Assembly: GCA_965662895.1 (NCBI GenBank)
Contig: CBFIJH010000004.1
Coordinates: 32,001 to 96,000 of the forward strand
Reading direction: 5' to 3'
DNA: 64,000 nt
Origin: Candidatus Poseidoniaceae archaeon
Lineage (GTDB): Archaea; Thermoplasmatota; Poseidoniia; Poseidoniales; Poseidoniaceae
Positions within the stretch are counted from its first letter, which is position 1, and each line of letters opens with the position of its first letter. A program made the position numbers and the translations under genes. The notes under the pieces were generated by a model. The model searched no databases. It had not been told where the DNA came from and worked only from the letters and a program-made list of their open reading frames with translations. Shown in pieces: positions 11,601-19,137 of the stretch.

Positions 11601-14376
11601 CATCCCAAGCAGCATCTTCCGCTCGTGTTGGGTCAAGCGACCAATTGTTTCCACCGTTGAAGGTGGTTCCAATCCACCGGCGATGTTGGATTTCCCAACC
11701 ATCGGGCATTCCATCACCATCCGTATCGAGTACTGTTGGATCTGTGCCGACATCGATTGAATTCAGACTGCTGTAGGTCGTTCTTGCTTGCTCACCGAGT
11801 GCCTCATCGCAAACATAGACCAATTGTGGCGTGTAATGGCAATCAAAGTTCGTCTCGGCTAAGTAATAGCCAAAGAATTCGGAACCATCGAGAAGACCGT
11901 CCATATCGGAATCGCTTTGATTTGGAAGGGTTGAGTTGTATCCTTCTTCCGTTCTCGCAATGTATCGGTACTCCTCAAGGTTGGTCCACCAACGGTCCAA
12001 ATCACTTCCGCCGTCCAATCGCAGGCCATCCACGTCCCCATCCAAGAGCGCATCCCATGGATCGGTTGGATCAAGACCGTAGGTTATTTCCCATCCGTCA
12101 GGCATACCATCGCTATCGGAATCGTTTGCTCCTGGATCCATGAGTTCAAGGTTAGCGAAACGACCAGGGGCCGATGCGCCAAGGATGTAGGTTTCGTCTT
12201 GTCGCTCAATCGTGGCAAGCGATGCGATTTCACCGGGCATTTGAGAATTTGATTGCAGGCCATACACGTCGAGATAATTTCCAGCCAGAACCCAAAGCCC
12301 TGCTGATGAGCCAACCAAAATTTCATCCCCTGTCGGATGAATCGAGTGAATGTTGTTCGAGCGTGAGAGTTCATCGGCATCGCTACCCGGATGTTCAAAT
12401 AGTCCACCAAACGACATATCGTTCAATTCAAGATTCAACTTGTGCAATCCTGAGGGCGTACCAATCCACAACGCAGTTGGGTTTTCCTCGTTCGGTCCGT
12501 CCAAAACCATTGCTTGCACTTCGGCAGGATTTCCAGTTGCTCCGAGGTTGAGTGTACGCAAATCGTCGATCTTGTTCGAGATATTCGATGCTGAAGCATC
12601 GAAGAAGAATCTCCACGAAGGGATGGCTTCATCTCGACCGGTCGCTGTTTCAAGCGTCATCATTCCTCGCTCGGTGCCAACATAAAGGACAAGACCTCCA
12701 CCTGGTACGCTTCCGTGTTCGATCTCTGTTACGACGACTTCGTCATTCATTAACGCTGATTTGAAGTTCGCTCCGAGATCAAAGGTTTGTGTGATGAGTC
12801 CACCTGCGTTAACTTCGAGAACCATTCCGTCCCCGTGCGCTCCGAGTGCGATGATTTGTTGACTTGAGCCTTCAATTGCGAGTTGTTCAAGGGCATAGAG
12901 TTCAATGGATTCACTCGATGACCAGGATTCGATTGGTTCAATGAATCCGTCGACTTGGAGTGCTGCAACATGAACACCATGGGATGTCGCTATCGCAATG
13001 GAGTGGGGTCCAGACTCAGATTCAACGAAGATTGCTTCGTAACCGATGACCCCCTGCGGGAACCACTGGTCGGTGGTCGTTTCAGTATCGTAATCCATTG
13101 TTGTCATACCATATCTCGTAAGATAGTAGGCCGTCGAGTCTTGAACCAGAATCGAACGAACATCATGGTGCATGACCGAGAGATGGCCGGGAATTGCGTT
13201 GAATGTCAGGGGGTATTCTCTGAACGTGGAGTCATTGACACCGAGTTGAACTTCTTTTAGTCCTGAGCGCACCGTATTGCCTTCGTCGTTATGGATGTAG
13301 AATTCTTCTAAGTTCGAGAGCGCTTCACCCAACGCTAAAGCGGAGTCGGTACGACTAACATCCGCAGATACAAGCCCATCCCTATTGACATCCCACCCAT
13401 CGCTGTCATCGTCAAGCAACGCATTGGAACGGTTGAGGGGGTCGAGGCCAAAATGAACCTCCCAGCCGTCTGGCATACCGTCTCCAAAAGATGGATAAAG
13501 TGGGCGAACTGCGAACCCATCCCAACTGTAACGGTCTGAATCATCCAAAAGTGGGTCTGTTCCTAGCCACAAGTCTTCACCAACCACGTCGGTTGTGTTG
13601 GTCGTACATGCGGAGAGAATGTTCTGGAACGAGGCATTTAACCCGTTGGTGATAAACGGCCACTGCCCTACGGCTGAGCCTTGTGGGAGGGTCGCAGAAC
13701 ACCACAATCCATCAAGTTCGGTCGTGAAATTACCAGGCATGCCGTATCGATACTCTTCTGGAGAGGTAAATTGTTCAGCAATCGAAAGAAAACCATCACG
13801 ATTGACGTCAAATCCATCGCCATCTGGATCGTCCGTTGCATCGCTTCCATTCAGTGGATCGAAGTACGGGCAAACGTACCGTTGTGTCGCATCATCAAAT
13901 CCCCCGGCACGTGCACACATCCATGCTTCGAACCCATCTGGCATACCGTCCCCATCCGTATCGGAAACCCTTGGGTCAAGATAGATACGGTCTCCGTTTT
14001 CATCGAGAGTTCCGGTCAAACCCCGAGAAAATCCGGGGTCGTTGCAATAATCAGGATAAGGCCAACAGTATTCTTCGGTGTTGTTTAATCCGTCAAGGTC
14101 CGTGTCGACATCTGCATCCGATGCATCACTTTTGTCCAAACCTTTCATCATCACCATCCTGGCATCGACCGATGAGAAGTTAATCCATTCTTCGAAGATG
14201 TTTTCATGAACATCGGGTATTCCATCACCGTCTGTATCTGTTGTCGGTGGCTCCTCACCGAAGGTTTGGTCTGGATGTGTATTGGAGACAGGAGAAATCA
14301 CTGGGAACTGCGACATGAAAAGTAGACCAGCAATAACTGCGAGCGAGGTGAGTAAAGTGGTCTGGCTCCTACGCAA
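8635..14376 (-). CDS. Giant secreted Ca2+-binding repeat protein (thrombospondin type 3-like DxDxDG repeats) with an inserted probable beta-propeller
   Basis: 1913 aa; TTG start with AGGTGA SD; signal/anchor; about 13-14 units of 'D[ST]DxDG[MI]PDGWE...DxDxDG..N.EEY'; non-repeat beta-rich block around aa 380-745. Confidence 0.85.
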   Translation of the reverse strand: MRRSQTTLLTSLAVIAGLLFMSQFPVISPVSNTHPDQTFGEEPPTTDTDGDGIPDVHENIFEEWINFSSVDARMVMMKGLDKSDASDADVDTDLDGLNNTEEYCWPYPDYCNDPGFSRGLTGTLDENGDRIYLDPRVSDTDGDGMPDGFEAWMCARAGGFDDATQRYVCPYFDPLNGSDATDDPDGDGFDVNRDGFLSIAEQFTSPEEYRYGMPGNFTTELDGLWCSATLPQGSAVGQWPFITNGLNASFQNILSACTTNTTDVVGEDLWLGTDPLLDDSDRYSWDGFAVRPLYPSFGDGMPDGWEVHFGLDPLNRSNALLDDDSDGWDVNRDGLVSADVSRTDSALALGEALSNLEEFYIHNDEGNTVRSGLKEVQLGVNDSTFREYPLTFNAIPGHLSVMHHDVRSILVQDSTAYYLTRYGMTTMDYDTETTTDQWFPQGVIGYEAIFVESESGPHSIAIATSHGVHVAALQVDGFIEPIESWSSSESIELYALEQLAIEGSSQQIIALGAHGDGMVLEVNAGGLITQTFDLGANFKSALMNDEVVVTEIEHGSVPGGGLVLYVGTERGMMTLETATGRDEAIPSWRFFFDASASNISNKIDDLRTLNLGATGNPAEVQAMVLDGPNEENPTALWIGTPSGLHKLNLELNDMSFGGLFEHPGSDADELSRSNNIHSIHPTGDEILVGSSAGLWVLAGNYLDVYGLQSNSQMPGEIASLATIERQDETYILGASAPGRFANLELMDPGANDSDSDGMPDGWEITYGLDPTDPWDALLDGDVDGLRLDGGSDLDRWWTNLEEYRYIARTEEGYNSTLPNQSDSDMDGLLDGSEFFGYYLAETNFDCHYTPQLVYVCDEALGEQARTTYSSLNSIDVGTDPTVLDTDGDGMPDGWEIQHRRWIGTTFNGGNNWSLDPTRAEDAAWDADQDGLANLCEYQWSLVREAGLNGDLFEDYGESPDSVATWSIPDPNLVDSDGDSLPDGWEADRQCTWSPQRVGVNPLNGSDLFENPDGDGYDVNKDGVLTPNEMYVNYLEYHVRFGLFLNNQTLDGVELPGEFTTDLFDNVSDFGTPEADFASRASGAILAAQLPIETGSTDPFSADSDDDGMPDGWEIWFARWNVLDDEWTLNPLQPSDRWLDADNDGMTNWEEYNLIDAERSETNSNRSSPQWFVTTLGSAYAFQQWPSASTTYSFGTFLTEDQYNLTGPTGDPNNVDTDGDGIIDGMELLFTAWNISAETWTLNPVVAGDGTFDSDDDGLADVQEFALATANPDNGIAAPADAPLLHEDGDVQQPTKKAQRVFQILISKDSRGKRLLDDFNAWQSGEPPNVFISLLLGMTDPTNPDTDDDGMYDGFEYWFTSWDLNENRWGLNPLIETDVNLDSDGDSYDCNRDGTIDLDERYSNLREWEARTWGKYLNRTSVPASIGIVDFGEDAMNAYMEETGMTILQARQALIDDFMAKGPDSVNRMNTINSLNENNFNRTLVGVSDPTHPDSDSDGIPDGWEYCYALYGMDNPTTVNHWAANPLNPWDVNYDGDSDGWYDRTAFDVPALQGEWESRIFTPSNQVVQAGIGDLPFTNWMEYDNDTRPDSNDSDGDSESFITETLNGVVTAHYQDFNLTDGREVFKYGTNPMDNDTDGDMIPDWYEYAKAWNESNDNYSSFLKIQVNWIDPATGATCDTSTNSCLPLSLNAGTLGRPELSYAWFTMDPRDAVDANEDADQDGNWDCSGVGCVYEPYTNFQEYFAITEEQLSSPNAVRLSGLTFEGEVILEGWQLRSYLLGIGQWDEGVKNYLKMDKSQRNDFRYAYIVNDNDNDFLVQDASNHEVLCGGNLTDPWEIYYTGAPNTSPVRSVGEHEFGWFLLDYNDDHVAEGTDPTNWDTDGDWMVDWFEVNDDEQDGSRGETSPIRYDSRQTT

Positions 14377-14549
14377 TGAAAATCACCTACGGACCAACGC
14401 CCTAACAAATCTGCTCTTCTCCATGCTTATAGGAATGATGGAGCGTTGTTCATACACGGTTTGGTTTGCGAGTGTCGAAATTGAACAAGAATCATCAATT
14501 TGAAGCGGTGTATTCAATATCCGTCTGCTCTCGGCTAACCACGATTGCA

Positions 14550-15380
14550 ATGGGCATGTCGATCACGCACCTCGGAACAGGTAGTCGTGGGAATGCTACG
14601 TTGCTTAGTTCGGGTTCATCGCACATCCTTGTCGATCAGGGATTCAGTGGGGTACAACTTGAGAAACGATTGAACATGCTCGACGTGTCACCAAGTGATC
14701 TGCAAGCAATTGTCGTCACGCATCACCATGGAGATCATGGAGGGGGTGCACTCATTGCTCAAAAACGGTGGAAAGTACCGGTTTATGCAAACCATCGAAC
14801 GATTGCTGAACTTGGCCTGCTACCGGAATTCACGCATCAATTTGAAGCCCTTGATGTCTTACAGTTCGACCAAGGCATTTCGCTTCTTCCTGTACCAGTG
14901 CCTCATTCAGGTGCGGACAATGTTGCTTTCGTAGCCAGTCATGGGGGTGAACGTTCAGCCATCATCACGGACTTGGGGAGCTGGACCGATGAACTTGTCC
15001 ATCACGTGCGAGGTTGCCAACACATTGCAGTTGAAGCGAATTACGATAAAAATCGATTGATGAGAGGACCCTATCCTGCATCATTGAAGGATAGGATTTC
15101 TGGTCGTGGCGGCCACCTGTCAAACACCCAAACCGGCGAATTTCTTCATCAGGTGTGCACCGATGCAACCCGAAGCATTACGTTAACACACCTTTCGGAA
15201 ATGAACAACGCACCACACCTCGCAGAATCGACCGTTTTGTTTGAAATTGATGAAGTGTTTGAAGGAGACATCAACATCTCTATGCAAGATGGCCCACATT
15301 TTTCTCATTTCATTGGCCGTCGAGATGGAGATGGATTCGCAACAAACGCCATTCAACGCATACAGCGAGAATTGCCTTGA
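14550..15380 (+). CDS. MBL-fold metallo-hydrolase, YycJ/WalJ-like
   Basis: 'LGTGSRGN', 'THHHGDH', 'TDLG', 'EANYD', 'GHLSN' and 'HLSEMNN'. Start moved to ATG 14550 (or 14556). Confidence 0.88.
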   Translation: MGMSITHLGTGSRGNATLLSSGSSHILVDQGFSGVQLEKRLNMLDVSPSDLQAIVVTHHHGDHGGGALIAQKRWKVPVYANHRTIAELGLLPEFTHQFEALDVLQFDQGISLLPVPVPHSGADNVAFVASHGGERSAIITDLGSWTDELVHHVRGCQHIAVEANYDKNRLMRGPYPASLKDRISGRGGHLSNTQTGEFLHQVCTDATRSITLTHLSEMNNAPHLAESTVLFEIDEVFEGDINISMQDGPHFSHFIGRRDGDGFATNAIQRIQRELP

Positions 15381-15446
15381 ATCAGCGACGTTCAGGTCAA
15401 TACCTAAATGCAGCCGAATGGCTACCGTGGTTGAGGGGAGGTCAGG

Positions 15447-16487
15447 ATGCATCGCCAAGGCAGAGATGAAACTGACGATGCTGTGAGTGAAATCCTCGGC
15501 GTCATCATGATGCTTGCCATGGTGATCACCATCATGGGAGGGGTCTGGGTCTTCCTCAATCCATATCTTGTTGCATTTCATGACAACACCAATTGGAACA
15601 GTGCAAGCAACATCGCAGACCGGGTCGAAGACCGCATCGATGTCGTAGGAGATGCACCTTATGGGACTGGAACACGACAAGCACTCTCGCTCAAATCATC
15701 ATCCATCAATCCTGCCAATCTAGTTGAAGAATGGGTCATTGCCTCAGATCTAACGCCGCTCGAGGTCGTATCGGTGAATGAATTAAACGCGACCTCGTTT
15801 GAATTTTATGCGCTTAATGAAAGTGTGACCGAAGTGAAAGTACAAAATTCCGACAATGCATCGACGTTCGCAGTTCAGTCGGACCTTGATTGGCAAATTA
15901 TTGATCACAACCTCGAGAGTGAATCATTCCTCATCATTGATTTCTACAATGCAGGGGGACAACACGTCCACCGCTGGTCTCGGTTTGTCCTTTCAGGAAT
16001 GAGTATAAGCACGGCCATCGATGGAGGGCTGAATCAAATCACGCTCATCAACGATGCTCGAATTACAAAAGACCCAACGACGCCGTGGACCATCGAAGAG
16101 GCACCACGATTTCGTCTTGACACGCTTGTCGATGGTTCAACACGCCTTTCCATTGTCTTGACCGATGTGCGACTTGAACAAGCCCTTGGGAACGGACCAA
16201 ATGTGGGGTTCAAGATCGAGTCTCTCGGCCCAGTTCAACTCTTCACGGGAGATTCGTACAACCTGCGGATCAAAGTCACAAACACGCTCCATCCTGTCGT
16301 TGACCCACAATACAACGACATATGGTTGAATGACTACACCATCAATCGTGCAGCTGGTACGCTTGGTGAATTTGTTGGAATCAGCCCTTACCAAAGAGCG
16401 AGTGGTAGCGATGGATTAACTGTTGAAACCCACGGTCAAGCGCTCGCATTAGAAATCGATGTTCGAAGGTTGGTGGTGAACGGATGA
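15447..16487 (+). CDS. Archaeal type IV pilin-like protein (class III signal peptide)
   Basis: 'DDA|VSEILGVIMMLAMVITIMGGVWVFLNP': a short charged leader, then an AVS.. hydrophobic helix typical of euryarchaeal pilins. Confidence 0.75.
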   Translation: MHRQGRDETDDAVSEILGVIMMLAMVITIMGGVWVFLNPYLVAFHDNTNWNSASNIADRVEDRIDVVGDAPYGTGTRQALSLKSSSINPANLVEEWVIASDLTPLEVVSVNELNATSFEFYALNESVTEVKVQNSDNASTFAVQSDLDWQIIDHNLESESFLIIDFYNAGGQHVHRWSRFVLSGMSISTAIDGGLNQITLINDARITKDPTTPWTIEEAPRFRLDTLVDGSTRLSIVLTDVRLEQALGNGPNVGFKIESLGPVQLFTGDSYNLRIKVTNTLHPVVDPQYNDIWLNDYTINRAAGTLGEFVGISPYQRASGSDGLTVETHGQALALEIDVRRLVVNG

Positions 16488-18670
16488 TGGAGATGAACCG
16501 TGATGAAGAAGCGGTATCTGCAGCCATAGCCACGGTTTTGCTTTTCGGTGGAGTCATTTCCATTATTAGTTTGATGATGATCACAATGATTCCTGTCATC
16601 GAAGAATTGGAAGGAAGCGTTGAACGTCATGATATGTCTGCACAAATGATCCAATTTAATCTTCAAACATCAACCCTCAGCGAGCAAGGAATGCCCGGCG
16701 ATGTTGTTACACAAGAGTTCGTACCTGTGGATGGCGAACTCAAATGGGACATGATGCGCAGTGGCATGTGGTATTCATCGACATGGCAAGAGGACCATTC
16801 GTTTCGTATTCGTGATGTTTTGGACTACGATGATGTGTTGAAAATACGACATGCTGAATCGAGAACCTCTACTGCGTGTTTCTCTGATTTGCGACTTGGT
16901 CCCGACCGACCGTATCACTACACAGCACCGGCATGGGCGGACAGTGTCATTCTCACAACAAAACCAGGACTCACCTTCCCGCTTGGACCAGTGCAAGTCG
17001 AGCTGCTTCGCAACGGTGTCACCAATGAGACGGCTGAGTTCTTTGTGGATGATATCCAACAATGGACAATTGATGATGCGAATTGGAAGATTGAAGCTTC
17101 ACAGGAACTTGTTGTCTACTGGATGCGAGGTGGTCAAGGAACAACGGAAGTTCGTGCTACGGATGCCAACGCAAACGGATTGGGCCGATCATGGGCGCTG
17201 CCATTACCAGCAGGAACAATTCAATTGAACATCGTCTCGGACGACTTGATGATGATTCACGGTAATGGAGCGTTTGGAGACTTTACTGAAGTTGCAATTG
17301 CATCGGAGTTGTTGAACGTCGGAACAAGTTGGTCGAAAACCCTCAACTTGGACAAACCACAAGTGGTTCACATCACAACAACAACGGATGCGCAATTGAA
17401 GGTTTCAACATCGACAGAAGGAGCAACGACATGGAAGAGTCGAACGGGTTCAATACACGGAACGTTGTTTATTCCTCCTGCAACAGAGGGATCTCTTTTC
17501 CTCTCAAATCCGAACAGTGAGCCAGCAACGGTTGCATGGAGAGGTTCTGGAGTCACCATCGAAGGATTCGGTAGTTACATCACACAATGGCCTCCAGAAG
17601 GCCTTGATGGAGCCAGTCAATTGCAAAGCGATTTGCCAATATCAGTTGTTTGGGCAAGAGATGCGATACCCTCAGGTGTCTACGAGCTTGGAGCGATCGA
17701 TACTGGTATGGAATCAGGATTGACCATGCACTCAAACAGTTCAGGAAGTTTCAATTTGGAACTGCGCAGCAATGGTGAACAATCAACCATCAATGTTTCA
17801 GTATCAGCGGACAACGAAACAGTCCTGAACATGGGTCAAGCATTGACGATACCGGTCAATGGCGGCCCAGTTTATGTCAACACCACGCAAGGACATGGCA
17901 TCTATGCTCTCATTGAACGTGGCACCATTGGATTGTATGAAGGCGTCCATGACGGTGCAAGGCGTTGTGTTGCGATTGGTGTGACAGCCTCTGGCTGGAT
18001 TGAGTTAAGCATCCCATGGCCGAGTATGGGTGGACGTAGTATCGTTGACCTGCAACAAGCCTGGACATCTGGAGACTATCCTGCAAGCATGCAGATTGAC
18101 CTCTACGGCCAGATTGTCGAAGAACCATACACACCGATTGGTTCTGCTTGGGTCATGCAAGTTTCTCGATTTGTATATGGATTTGAATCCTCAGTCACTG
18201 GAATGGAAGTGGCCATGAGTGGAGGGGCCGTTCTTACGAATCACCCAGAATACAATCCGACTGTTCTTGCTGCACCGCTTGATCGTGGAGGACCAGGTCC
18301 TCGATTTGCTGCGACCATTCCAGCACTCCATCCCACGAGCGACTCAGCGAGTGGAGGCGGAACGCTCTCCGCCGAAGTGACGCTAACTAAGCGCACCTCA
18401 CTTGCAAGTGATGTCGCTTACGAAGTTCGTCGCGGATGGGCTGAGCCTTATGGCGGTGCAATTGCACAGTCGTCGACTCAAGGCTTGGAAGCCAGTGAAG
18501 ATTGGACCATCTATCCTGGACGGTTGGATTTGCTGACAGACTATATCGGCTGGGTTCCAGATCCTGGATTCGGGACCATGGAGTCCGTTTGGCATACTGG
18601 AGGCCAACCGATTCAATTGTCGTTGCAGGTTTCATCATTGGATGCTCATGTTTCTGAGGTGATTGCATGA
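16484..18670 (+). CDS. Large pilin-like protein (possible minor pilin or adhesin)
   Basis: 'RDEEA|VSAAIATVLLFGGVISIISLMM..P'; 728 aa, beta-rich; ATGA overlap with the upstream gene. Confidence 0.72.
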   Translation: MMEMNRDEEAVSAAIATVLLFGGVISIISLMMITMIPVIEELEGSVERHDMSAQMIQFNLQTSTLSEQGMPGDVVTQEFVPVDGELKWDMMRSGMWYSSTWQEDHSFRIRDVLDYDDVLKIRHAESRTSTACFSDLRLGPDRPYHYTAPAWADSVILTTKPGLTFPLGPVQVELLRNGVTNETAEFFVDDIQQWTIDDANWKIEASQELVVYWMRGGQGTTEVRATDANANGLGRSWALPLPAGTIQLNIVSDDLMMIHGNGAFGDFTEVAIASELLNVGTSWSKTLNLDKPQVVHITTTTDAQLKVSTSTEGATTWKSRTGSIHGTLFIPPATEGSLFLSNPNSEPATVAWRGSGVTIEGFGSYITQWPPEGLDGASQLQSDLPISVVWARDAIPSGVYELGAIDTGMESGLTMHSNSSGSFNLELRSNGEQSTINVSVSADNETVLNMGQALTIPVNGGPVYVNTTQGHGIYALIERGTIGLYEGVHDGARRCVAIGVTASGWIELSIPWPSMGGRSIVDLQQAWTSGDYPASMQIDLYGQIVEEPYTPIGSAWVMQVSRFVYGFESSVTGMEVAMSGGAVLTNHPEYNPTVLAAPLDRGGPGPRFAATIPALHPTSDSASGGGTLSAEVTLTKRTSLASDVAYEVRRGWAEPYGGAIAQSSTQGLEASEDWTIYPGRLDLLTDYIGWVPDPGFGTMESVWHTGGQPIQLSLQVSSLDAHVSEVIA

Positions 18671-19137
18671 ACACTACACTTTTGCAACGCAACCGGGAAG
18701 GTGCTGCTACTGAACTTGGATACGTCTTCACCTTCCTGCTTGGAGTTCTCCTTTTGACTGCATTCAGTTTGTGGATTTATGACATTGAAACTGCAACACG
18801 AGAGCGTTGGAATGTTGAAGCAATCGATGCAAACATGAACGATTTGTCCGCTGCAATTGAACGAACTGACATCGCAAGTCGTATCGACAACTCATCGTAC
18901 GCAGAACAGGTTTACTGGAGAGCAACAGAGGCAGATGAATCTCAGTTCACACTCGAGTTAACCGATACGTCCCTCATTTTGTACGATGATCAAGGAGAAC
19001 TGGATGCTCAACGTCCCTTGTCAGGTACTGCGTCCGCTCCTCATTCAGGCGTCATTAATCTTGCAGGTGTTGAGTCCATATGGGTGGTCTATCAAGATGG
19101 AAGCATTTCCCTTGAACTCGACCGACCAATGTTTTAG
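18667..19137 (+). CDS. Small pilin-like protein
   Basis: 'RNREGA|ATELGYVFTFLLGVLLL'; GAGGTGA SD and ATGA overlap with the upstream gene. Confidence 0.68.
   Translation: MNTTLLQRNREGAATELGYVFTFLLGVLLLTAFSLWIYDIETATRERWNVEAIDANMNDLSAAIERTDIASRIDNSSYAEQVYWRATEADESQFTLELTDTSLILYDDQGELDAQRPLSGTASAPHSGVINLAGVESIWVVYQDGSISLELDRPMF

Noticed and set aside
8635-14376. Recurrent nucleotide strings (e.g. TCCCAACCATC..GGCAT) as a CRISPR or DNA repeat array
   Set aside because: They are irregularly spaced, degenerate at third codon positions and fully explained by protein DxDxDG repeats.
15447-19137. Archaellum locus
   Set aside because: No archaellin 'GIGTLIVFIAMVLVAAVAA'-type N-terminus and no arlH/I/J nearby.
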